64,000 bases of DNA from contig JBHLSH010000001.1 of assembly GCA_048881705.1 (NCBI GenBank), positions 64,001 through 128,000 on the forward strand. The letters run 5' to 3'. The notes under the pieces were generated by a model. The model was not told the origin of the DNA. It saw only the letters and a program-made list of their open reading frames with translations, and did not search any database. Position numbers and translations under genes: made by a program. Of this stretch, positions 9,590-19,000 are shown one piece after another. This DNA is from Candidatus Heimdallarchaeota archaeon (GTDB taxonomy: Archaea; Asgardarchaeota; Heimdallarchaeia; Hodarchaeales; Hodarchaeaceae). How positions within the stretch are numbered: the stretch's first letter is position 1; each line of letters opens with the position of its first letter.

Positions 9590-10567
9590 TCATAAAACAA
9601 GTCGTTCATGACACATAGGGCACTGATTAAAGACCTTAAGCCACTCTAATAGATGTGCTCTATGGAACTGGTTCAAACACATAGGACAAGATGTACTGGC
9701 CTCTTCTACGAGGATAACGGCCCGACATATGACACAAAATTGAGTTTCTGATTGATTTTCTTCTTCAAATGTCCAGGTAAGGCGAATCGAATCTGTGTTC
9801 GCAAATTCGTGTCCCAGACGGTCAACAGTTAAAACCTGTTCTCCTCCTTCGGAAATTCTTACTTGACCCTGAATTTCACCTCCATCAAGTACAGATTCTA
9901 GGATACGCGTGAGTAAGACCTCATCGATATCATGATCTGAGATAGCTTTTCTTGTCTTAAACAAGAGATAATCTGCTTCAATTTCATTTTTGGGTTTTGA
10001 AAGATGTTTTCGAACGGTATCCAGCATGATCTTCCTGGTTCTAGCTAGGAACAGCAAATTTTCGCGTTTTTTTTCAATTTCTCTCATGGAATCTCTTGCC
10101 ATCCCCAAGAGGAGGTCCAATTCTTCGTGAATATCCTGTTTTTTTATCAAGTTTTTACTAGATTTGATTTCTTCAGTCGTCTTTTGGTGAATGTCAGATA
10201 TTTCGCTGTGTAAGGCATCGATCTCTTTTAACGTGGAGTTTAATGTTCCCAAGGGTTGAAGCGAACCGATCTGATCGATTTGAAGCGCGATTTGCTGAGT
10301 ATCCAGACGACGATCATGCAACTCGGAAAAATAACCTGAAATAGTGTGAAAAAATGGACGACGAAGTATTCTATCGGTAACAAAGGCAAAAGCAAGACAT
10401 ATAAAGCCGATACTCAAGAGAATAAATTCGTTGTTCTCATTCGGGATGGTTGGGTCAAACGACGTTGCAAGCAAGACGATATAGAAACCCAAGGCTAAAA
10501 AAATTAGGAAATTTCCTGTTGTTTTCATCCGTGAGAGGCGAGGTAGCCTGGTAACACTTGTGGCCAT
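9590..10567 (-). CDS. Membrane-anchored RING-variant protein (putative E3 ubiquitin ligase)
   Basis: Two N-terminal TM helices, a coiled coil, a wHTH-like segment, and C-terminal CVIC-x12-CPMC-x3-FHRAH-LLEWL-x5-CPMC. Confidence 0.8.
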   Translation of the reverse strand: MATSVTRLPRLSRMKTTGNFLIFLALGFYIVLLATSFDPTIPNENNEFILLSIGFICLAFAFVTDRILRRPFFHTISGYFSELHDRRLDTQQIALQIDQIGSLQPLGTLNSTLKEIDALHSEISDIHQKTTEEIKSSKNLIKKQDIHEELDLLLGMARDSMREIEKKRENLLFLARTRKIMLDTVRKHLSKPKNEIEADYLLFKTRKAISDHDIDEVLLTRILESVLDGGEIQGQVRISEGGEQVLTVDRLGHEFANTDSIRLTWTFEEENQSETQFCVICRAVILVEEASTSCPMCLNQFHRAHLLEWLKVFNQCPMCHERLVL

Positions 10568-10664
10568 TTTGGTTTCAATATCCAGGAGTTTGTGACTACG
10601 AAGATGCGTCTAATCTAACCTAATAAATTCCCATAAAATAAGATTTCCAAACCAGACTTCACAT

Positions 10665-11630
10665 CTAGAGAAATCTTTCGGAGATCTGAGTCTGTGAGAA
10701 TTGTTGATAGAAATCTCTCAAGACCAAAGCATTTTTGTGATCTCGCTGTAATACTGAGTTTGATAAGATTACACTATCAAGAATCTGGTGACATCCTTCT
10801 TGAATAACCACATGATCCCCAATCACCGATCTGTTGATTATAACTTCACCTGACATAGATACAGCTTTTCCAATCAAAGCACCAGTAGGATCTCTTGGCT
10901 TTATGGTTCTCAGAAATTGAAGGTTGTACCACCATAGGTCAAAAGGAGTAGTAATATGGCAAATCCTATCTGTCTCAACACCCCCAACAGGATGAGCGCC
11001 ATGGATGATCTCATTTATTACTGATGTAAGTTCGTATTCATTACGTTTGGATTTTCGGGCACGTTTCAAATATGGGAAAATCGATTGAGAAAAAGCGTAG
11101 CATGCAGCAGAGTTCAGATCACTGAGTGTCTCATCGATGGTTTGAGGCTTTTCACGTACTCCCCAAACACGTCCATCACGATAATCTACTGTCGAGGAGT
11201 GCCTCATAAGTTCAAAATTCATTTTTTCAAGGGAAAGCGTTATCCAGTTTTGGTCATCCAAATGCACTTTACTTAAAGCGCGTAAGAAGGAGACGGAGAA
11301 AAGGGAATCTCCGGCAATTACAATGAAATTCTCGTCTCTTAGGTGCTTTTCAATTTGGATAACCGCATTTGCTGTACCTAGTGGGATCTTTTGAACTATC
11401 CACGTGACATCAAGATCAGGAAAGGTTCCTTGAACTTGTGATATGATCTGGGTGCTTTCATTAGGAATTATAATACCTATATTGATGATTCCGGCTTTTA
11501 TAAGCCTTTCAATAGAATGAACTATGATCGGTCGATTCAGAAGTGGGAGTAGCGATTTCGGATATACCCTAGAAAACGGGTACAATCGAGTCCCCTTGCC
11601 AGCAGCAAGGATGTAAGCCGTGGTTATCAT
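10665..11630 (-). CDS. Sugar-phosphate nucleotidyltransferase (glucose-1-P thymidylyltransferase/GlmU-like)
   Basis: ILAAGKGTRLYP, PKSLLP, QKIPLGTANAV, IAGD, REKP, short left-handed beta-helix C-terminus. Confidence 0.9.
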   Translation of the reverse strand: MITTAYILAAGKGTRLYPFSRVYPKSLLPLLNRPIIVHSIERLIKAGIINIGIIIPNESTQIISQVQGTFPDLDVTWIVQKIPLGTANAVIQIEKHLRDENFIVIAGDSLFSVSFLRALSKVHLDDQNWITLSLEKMNFELMRHSSTVDYRDGRVWGVREKPQTIDETLSDLNSAACYAFSQSIFPYLKRARKSKRNEYELTSVINEIIHGAHPVGGVETDRICHITTPFDLWWYNLQFLRTIKPRDPTGALIGKAVSMSGEVIINRSVIGDHVVIQEGCHQILDSVILSNSVLQRDHKNALVLRDFYQQFSQTQISERFL

Positions 11631-11699
11631 TAGAATCGCGTGAATGGCAATTTTTAATAAGCTGAAGATACTTCTCCAAACTAAATCAAGCTTTCATTC

Positions 11700-12461
11700 A
11701 TGAGCTGTGTTCAGATGGTACGCCTTAATGCTTTCTACTTAATCACAGATGAGGGGTTCACTATCTACAATCAGTCCTTTGGCGCAACTGAACAGGATCA
11801 AGATATGGTGGGATCGCTAATCATGGCATTAACTACGTTTGGGAAGGAAGTAATGTCAGAGTCGTCACTAAAGGGTATTGAATTCGGTGAAAAGGATGCA
11901 GAAGGGGCGGAAATGGTTTTGGAGGAAGGTGTGAGGATCAAGGCCATAGCAATTGTTGTCTTCGATAAAGACAACAAGGAACGTGATGAATTAAAGATAC
12001 GTTATGACCTGAGAGTATTTGTTCGTGAAATCGAAGAGATCTATGCAGAAGAACTTTCCGATCCTATCTTCCGTAAGGGAGCCTTCTCTGGTATAGGGGC
12101 CCTAATCTCGGCTTGGTTTTTCCGTGATAAAATGAGTCGAATTCTACATGATCAATTTGATCCTCTAAACGTATACCTCAAATACCCAACAACGCTACTC
12201 TTTGAAATAACCCCCTTTGCGGGAAAATTGTATTCCTTTTATCGAGATTTTCCACCATTCCAAGAACGATTATCCGATATCGCCCCTGAGGAGTTTGACC
12301 ACCTGATCGAAGCTATGTCGGATAAAAATAGTATGATTTCCTTCAAAGATTGCTTGGAGCGGTTCGGGGAAGATCGAGGCGGCCAAATTTTGACTGTTTT
12401 TAGGTATCTAACCCAGAAAGGTATGTTCGATGCCTATAACTTCGAGCGAATAATGATCTAA
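11700..12461 (+). CDS. Longin-like domain protein with C-terminal winged-helix-like domain
   Basis: FYLITDEGFTIYNQSFG...DMVGSLIMALTTFGKEVM...LKGIEFG...DLRVFVREIEEIY is the Asgard longin pattern; C-terminal ILTVFRYLTQKGMF is wHTH-like. Confidence 0.65.
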   Translation: MSCVQMVRLNAFYLITDEGFTIYNQSFGATEQDQDMVGSLIMALTTFGKEVMSESSLKGIEFGEKDAEGAEMVLEEGVRIKAIAIVVFDKDNKERDELKIRYDLRVFVREIEEIYAEELSDPIFRKGAFSGIGALISAWFFRDKMSRILHDQFDPLNVYLKYPTTLLFEITPFAGKLYSFYRDFPPFQERLSDIAPEEFDHLIEAMSDKNSMISFKDCLERFGEDRGGQILTVFRYLTQKGMFDAYNFERIMI

Positions 12462-12495
12462 CAGATCTACCAACCAGATTGAATTCTCGTTTTGC

Positions 12496-13254
12496 TTAGG
12501 ATTCTTTGTCACGTTGAGTTTTTATTATAAAGGCCGTCATTTTCCTGACATCGTTTTTCATTGAGGCAAGTTCTGCAACAACTTTTTCCTCTACCGCATT
12601 GTTAATTGCCTGGCTTAATAAATCAGGGAGAGCTGCAATTGTTTGGGTCAATTGGGTTATAATATTAGTCAATCTGTTCAACGATTCATCTTGCATTGCC
12701 AGCCGCTCTGTCACTGAAGTTTTTAATTCGTTTACACTCGCTTCCAGATAGATAGTAATGCGATCTTTTAAGGCAACCAACTCGACCTGAATAATAGCAT
12801 GTACACGATCCCGAAGATCTGCAACAGCAGCCAGCTGATCAGTTTGGTTTTCGATTAATGCGTTTAATCGTCCCTCAATGATTTCGAGCTTGTCCGAAAT
12901 TGGAACAAAATTGCTCACACTCACTTCGTAAAGATTCTTAATCTGCCCGGTTGAGCCGGAAACTGTAGCTTCGATCTCTTGAGCGAGTTTACGGATTGGT
13001 CCGACCACATCTTCAAGGTAGCTCACCTTGATAAACTTGAGATCTTTTTTTGTCTCTTCCGTAGCACCCGTGAATGTATTTTGAAATTCATCCAAGGAAC
13101 TTTGAAGAGTTCTTAGAAGAATAGGGAGTTGTTCCACACTCTGGATCGTTTCAATACTAAGATTCTGCGGGGATGTATGTTGGATTTGCCGAATAGCGTC
13201 TATAATCTCAACAGCCATTTCTTCTATTGATTTAATACCTGCTTCGATTCCCAT
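12496..13254 (-). CDS. All-helical coiled-coil protein (apolipoprotein/MCP-like heptads)
   Basis: 252 aa of continuous heptad pattern rich in E/Q/L/I/A; no catalytic motif. Confidence 0.75.
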   Translation of the reverse strand: MGIEAGIKSIEEMAVEIIDAIRQIQHTSPQNLSIETIQSVEQLPILLRTLQSSLDEFQNTFTGATEETKKDLKFIKVSYLEDVVGPIRKLAQEIEATVSGSTGQIKNLYEVSVSNFVPISDKLEIIEGRLNALIENQTDQLAAVADLRDRVHAIIQVELVALKDRITIYLEASVNELKTSVTERLAMQDESLNRLTNIITQLTQTIAALPDLLSQAINNAVEEKVVAELASMKNDVRKMTAFIIKTQRDKES

Positions 13255-13556
13255 GACCGAACCTCACGGCATAAATGTTGCTTTGAAGTCTGGAATTCAT
13301 TATCCTTTACAATCCTAAAAGAACCTTTCGGATTTACTCCTAGTGCGGAAGGTTTACATCTGTAGAGAAAATCGTCTGTAACCGTCAAGAAATGGTTTTT
13401 GCCCAGGTTCTTAGTAATTTTAACATCAGGGATCTAATATAAGAAATCTACCCCACAAATATTATTTTGCATTCTGCTATTATAAACAAGCCTCTTTCTC
13501 CTAAATTGACCGATCATAAACTGAGCGTAAAGGATTATTCAGTTTTAAAATGACAT

Positions 13557-14633
13557 TTATTTAAGTCGTCGAAGTAACTCAACGTAGCGCTTGTTATGAA
13601 GAAGAGATTCGTTCAATCTACTAATCATCACTAAAGTCTCAGAAAGAATGTATTGCTTTAAATCATTCCCAGTTGCCCGTTCGATGTCAGCATAAATATC
13701 CTTAGCGACACTAAACGATACATTCGGAATACGTGATTCAAGATCACCTCCTCCAAGATTATAATTCTGAAGAAGAATTCGTGAGGCACGTTGGGAATCT
13801 TGCAAGCTTCGTTCCTCTATTAAAAACTGCGAAATGCCAATATAATAGCGCGAAATAATATCACGAATCTGTTCCAAATCAGTCGGTTCAACTTCAGATT
13901 CCTGGAGGTCAGGAAACATTTTTTTTAGATTCTGAAGCAGTCGAGCAGAGGGAGCTTCACGCAGCAGTTTACTGATTATTGTTCGTAGGTGTGCCGTGGG
14001 AATCTGTAAGATTTCCGAATCGTGCGAATGAGAGTATTGGGGTTGAATCTCATAGGACAGAAGATCTTTGCAGGCCGCAAGATAATAGTTCGGAAAGCCC
14101 AGATGTGATAAAGCGGAATAAGAGCTGATTAGTGATTCAATCGACTCAATGATACCCCATTTGTCTATTGTTTGGGATTTCCTGAGAAAAATCCCGGCCT
14201 CAGTACTACCAGCTGGGGGGATAGCTTCTGTGTAGGCAGTTGCTTTTGTTGTGTTTTCGGCCATCGTCTCCTGGAGTCTTTTTAGCTCAGCTTCAAGTCC
14301 TTCTATCTTTTCGAGTAGTTTAAGCCCCGAAACAGGTTGTATTAACAATTGGTGAATATAATTTTCAACCAGTTTGATCTCACTACGTAATGATTTAGGA
14401 ATTGTACTGGGTTCTCCAATGTACTGAATAATTGTCGTAACCAGTTGGAGAAGTACAAGAACTAACCCCGTAATGATGTTGATTTTTTCGCCAATGTTTC
14501 CACGGGAATTCCAAAACTCAGGGTATCGCATCAATTGTTGAGATTTAAAATCGGAGGTTGATGGATTTATGGAGGAGGATGTAGATTCATCTTTTCCTCG
14601 TTGATGATTTTCGTCCACAGTATAGGCATCCAC
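13557..14633 (-). CDS. Putative membrane-anchored coiled-coil/helical protein, downstream partner of the tubulin-like gene
   Basis: GTG start directly abuts the TAA of the tubulin-like gene. Hydrophobic segment IITGLVLVLLQLVTTIIQYIG, then coiled coil LLEKIEGLEAELKRLQETMAE. Confidence 0.75.
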   Translation of the reverse strand: MDAYTVDENHQRGKDESTSSSINPSTSDFKSQQLMRYPEFWNSRGNIGEKINIITGLVLVLLQLVTTIIQYIGEPSTIPKSLRSEIKLVENYIHQLLIQPVSGLKLLEKIEGLEAELKRLQETMAENTTKATAYTEAIPPAGSTEAGIFLRKSQTIDKWGIIESIESLISSYSALSHLGFPNYYLAACKDLLSYEIQPQYSHSHDSEILQIPTAHLRTIISKLLREAPSARLLQNLKKMFPDLQESEVEPTDLEQIRDIISRYYIGISQFLIEERSLQDSQRASRILLQNYNLGGGDLESRIPNVSFSVAKDIYADIERATGNDLKQYILSETLVMISRLNESLLHNKRYVELLRRLK

Positions 14634-16031
14634 TTACTCATTCGAGGTTTTTTGATCAGGTGTAATATAATATCCGAAAAGTTTCTCTAGATCATCGACC
14701 GCAGAAACCAGCGCACCTCTGGTTGTACCTTTAGATCTTTGAAACCAATGTTGTTTAAGTTCAGAGCTGCCGCTATGGAGATCGATGAGTGCTTTGGCTT
14801 CCTGCAAAATATCATAAAGCTCTGGGATTCGGGGGAGCCCAAAAAGTAAGAGTAAGGATGCTCTCGCATCATCATCATCATATGCGCAATATGTGGGAGA
14901 AATGCTAGCCCCTTTAGCAAGAAAAGGTGATAGCGCCTTTTTAAGTAAGGGATCAAATTCCACACGAGCAATCTCACGTGGTCCAGAGAGTACGGAAAAT
15001 ACCGATGATGCTGATGGATTGGTACCCATTTCTGTTAAGCTTCCATGACCCGCAGTGTATTCAACTGCAGTAGATAGTTGTGATCCGACTCCACCAACTT
15101 CAGGAAAGATCGCCAGATCATCAAACATGGCAGGGACAACCACACTATCAAGTTTTAATGCAAAGTCTCCAATATCCGTGGTTGGAAGTACCTCTTTACC
15201 TACTTCAGGTACCCCAGGTGACAGCATCTCCGCAATAGACTCCAAGGCCAAGGGATTTACCAACTCGACAAAAGCTTCTTCCATGTGAGGTATTTGAGTT
15301 GAATTTACACCTCCCAAAACCCCTCCCAAAGGGGAGGCGGTCTGCATGGGACCAGAAGTTTTAGATGTAGATAGATTTGATAGATCTTCTCCGGTCTGTC
15401 GACTTAATAGATCCACAGCTTCACCCCTTTGCATACTTAGAACACGTTCGAGCATTGTTCGATTAGAAAGCAAGAGGATGAGATCGGGCCCCATATTATC
15501 CTCCTCTAATTGAAGGCGTAATAGCTTGGATAATGCCCAAACACTATTCACGGCTTCTGATGACTGATTCAGAAAAGGTAGAACTCCAAAGACGTAAATA
15601 AATATTTTTCGTTTCTCTTGTTCTGCAAATCGTTTTCGAAGTAGTCGAATTAAAGCAGGAGTTCCCCCACAGCCAGTACCCCCTCCAAACGATGTTAAAA
15701 GGATGAATCCAGAAATACCCTCATAACCAAGCGATTGGAGTTGGTTGAGAACGATATCTTCCGAATTTAGCACTGCATCGTAACCAGCTGCGAATTTTCC
15801 GCCAACACCAATCTCGGCATCAGAATAGAGAAGAGTTCTTTTTGAGGAAATTGAATACTTCTTACGTGCTTTTAATAGGTCTCCACGATCTGTATTCATA
15901 ATCAAATATTCCCGTATCCGATGTGGAAGCTCCCCTCGGTTCGAACGAGCCAAATAGCTTCCAAGCAGGTTACTACCACATTCACCAATTCCTATTGCAA
16001 ATATTTCAGATTCTATTCCTTCCAATGCCAT
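14634..16031 (-). CDS. Divergent tubulin/FtsZ-superfamily GTPase (CetZ-like core, tubulin-like C-terminus)
   Basis: T1 GIGECGSNL, T2 MNTDRGDL, T3 GVGGKFAAG, T4 signature SFGGGTGCGG, T5 GVLPF, EAVNSVWAL, T7 TTDIGDF. ATG at 16031 (ORF track uses the GTG at 16034). Confidence 0.9.
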   Translation of the reverse strand: MALEGIESEIFAIGIGECGSNLLGSYLARSNRGELPHRIREYLIMNTDRGDLLKARKKYSISSKRTLLYSDAEIGVGGKFAAGYDAVLNSEDIVLNQLQSLGYEGISGFILLTSFGGGTGCGGTPALIRLLRKRFAEQEKRKIFIYVFGVLPFLNQSSEAVNSVWALSKLLRLQLEEDNMGPDLILLLSNRTMLERVLSMQRGEAVDLLSRQTGEDLSNLSTSKTSGPMQTASPLGGVLGGVNSTQIPHMEEAFVELVNPLALESIAEMLSPGVPEVGKEVLPTTDIGDFALKLDSVVVPAMFDDLAIFPEVGGVGSQLSTAVEYTAGHGSLTEMGTNPSASSVFSVLSGPREIARVEFDPLLKKALSPFLAKGASISPTYCAYDDDDARASLLLLFGLPRIPELYDILQEAKALIDLHSGSSELKQHWFQRSKGTTRGALVSAVDDLEKLFGYYITPDQKTSNE

Positions 16032-16056
16032 CACAATTCACATACCTTGACAAAAT

Positions 16057-19000
16057 TCAGTCTAAATTAACGCTAGTTTTATTTTCAATAAAAAGCCTCA
16101 TAACAAGGGATAAATAGGCTTGAATCACGTTGTTTTGGGGATACGTCTCCTTGATTTTCTTTTTGATGTCTTTGTACTGCCTAAGATTCTCCTCTGGGTT
16201 TTCAGTAGGAGTATATCGAGGACGAAACATCCTAATGGCCCGATGCCAACGATTCAATTGGTTTGATACCTTAACCCATTCTACACGTTTTTGGTCAATA
16301 AAAGGGAGAAGCTCTAGAATGCGTTTCAAACTTTGAGAATGCGTGAGCTCCTCTCTTGCCTTGATGAGCTCAGAAAGAGGGTAAATTGAGTCTGAAGCTT
16401 CCTCAGAAAATCGAGAAAAGACTTCTTGAATACTAGAGTAGTATTTCAACTGCCCTAGTTCAGCCTGCAGAGCAATCGAGCGGTCTGCTTCCACGACCTT
16501 AATAGTATCGCTCACCTGTCTTGAAACTTGATTCAAACGAATTAAAGCCTCCGTCAGATGTCCCACATGAGTAACAGATGATAATTTCTGAAACACACCT
16601 ATCGCGGAAAAATCCAACCGATTATCTTGGCTTAAGTTTCGATTATGATATTGAGCTAGATAGTTAATCGCGGCGTTGATACTCTGTATGATTTGATCGC
16701 CCATGGACCGAATCTCTCTACACGCTGCTGAATCGGTTTGGAGGCTGTCAATCTCTGTAAAAACCTCAGTAATCTCCTTTATGTTAACATCTTCCTGATT
16801 TTTAACAAGTACTTGGGAGAAACGTTCAATGTAGCCTCCTACATGGCTGATGATAGATATTCCCATGTCTTTCAAATCATTGACATTTTTGAGAATCTTC
16901 TTCGATTCAACAACCGCTTGCGCCAGAAGAATAGCCACTATTTCGGTATCATACAAAAAGATCAGTTGTCTAAGTTTATTTGCCAGGCGTTCATGTGAGA
17001 CATCTTCGACCTCGAAATCTGCTATTTTTGTTTCTGCCGCGAAAACAGCTGCATCGACAGGTACAATCTCGTTTATTCTTGGAAGACTAACCCGTAGCCA
17101 ATTGTGGAGATTCTGATGCAGCTTTGCTAGGGAATTCTTAGCTAATTGTAATGATTCTAATGAATAACTCTCATAGATGTTAACCAACTGCACTATGTCC
17201 TTATGAGTCTTGATTTCTTCCATTCTCTCTCGCATAAGGGAAATAGGTTCCTCAAAGAATTCAGCATACTGAGGGGGCAGCTTGGAATAATCTTGAATGT
17301 GACTATGAATCTCCCGTTCCATCTGTTCTGTTAAGGCGGCCACACGCCGTTCTATATAAGCATTTAATTGCCAATACTCTGTTAAGGCTTCAGAGTAATC
17401 GAGAACATCAAATTCTCTTTCCGTGGAAAACGTAGGAGAGGTTCGACGTGATTTCAACAACCGATATAAGCGTTTATCTACCTCCTCCAAATTCTCAATC
17501 TGTTTTTTTAATTCTACCAATATCTCATTCTTATATTCTTCAATAGTTCTTAGAAATCCAATATATTCTTGGATCATGGCCTCCATGTTTCCGTCTTCTG
17601 ACAACTGATCGATATTACCAATAATCTCATTCCGCTTTTCACGAAGATCGAAACGTGTCTCAATAGGAATCAAAGGGAAGGGGATCGCTTTGAGATTCTC
17701 ACGAACTCGAGTTGCTATTTTGTATTTCCAGACAGGTATCTTTTCATATTCATCCAAGAGCTGGGGAAGCCCCTCTTCAGCTGCAATGGCGATACCATCT
17801 CGGAAGGCCTTCAAATCGTCTAGTGCTAAGACGGGAACATGAGCTTTTAATTTTGGAGGTATGGTTTCTAGGATTGTGAGTTGGCTGTATATTGGATTTA
17901 TCTCCGCATCAATCGCAGATAAGATCTCCGTGCGGATGGTTGATTTGAGACGAGTCAGGATGTCTATCTCTCTAACGAGTTCTCGTATTTCTTTGTCCTC
18001 CACACTCTTTTGTTTCCGCTGTGTCTCAATTTGTTGTGTTGTTGGTTCCGATAACAGCTTTTGGAGGCTTTCTCGAGAGTCTAACAAATTGAGAAGGTTT
18101 TGTCGCAGACTTTGCTGAGCTGGCTTGGAAAAAAACGCGACCAATCGGGTTTCCCAGTCCTTAATCTCGCGGGCTTTCGCAACCAATTCACTAGGAGCGA
18201 AATCCTTAAGGTCACGGATGATAGGAATTTGAGGTCCCTCACTAACGTTAATGGCTTCTTGAATGTATGGGTTCTCCAAAAGCCGATAGAAATACTGTTG
18301 ACAAGCATCAGCTAACATCGCTAGGAGATCGAAGTATCGTTGAACCAAGGCCATCCAGGTTGACATATTCTGAGCGTTTTTTGCATCTTTATCAATTATA
18401 CGGAGTTCTTTAGTAAATTCTTCTGGAATAGGTATCTTCATGGCTTTGATTGTCTTTCCTGCGTTCATGAGAGCGGCGGTGCTGATTAAATCCCTAGTTG
18501 CCAAGACTTGGTTTTGCTGCCATGTTCGGAGCTTTTCGATATCTCGGATAATTTCAGAAAGATCTGTTGTTGAAACATTTATTTCTGGAGCAGAAGCTAG
18601 GGAAGATTCTAGACCCAGTTTGCCCGAGATTTGGAGAATTCGGCCTATTCTTTCTTCAGTTTCAGCCTTTAAAGAGATTTCATATGTTCTAAGAGAGTTT
18701 AGGAATTCCGAGTTGAGTTCATTAAGTCCCTTTTCCCATAATATTAAGGATTCAACTGAGCTACTGTCTTCGGCATTGCTTTTAATTTCCTGAACTTGAT
18801 CCTTGAGAAGATTGATCTTGTCACCCAGCTCACTAGCCAAACTAATAGAGGTGACAGTGTCGAGATGTTGTTGAAGTTCGGAAGACATCTGGATGATCGC
18901 GACCTGAATCTTACCTTCGGTGCCTTTTCGGCGTTGTTTCAAATAGGCGCTTTCGGTCTCGAGATGATTATAGAGCTCAAGTAGATCAGAGACACCCATG

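Noticed and set aside
14634-16034. Calling the GTPase canonical FtsZ (ftsZ) or true alpha/beta-tubulin
   Set aside because: T1 is GECG rather than GGGG, there is no FtsZ C-terminal linker or peptide, and tubulin hallmarks such as MREI, the DLEP loop and the acidic tail are absent.
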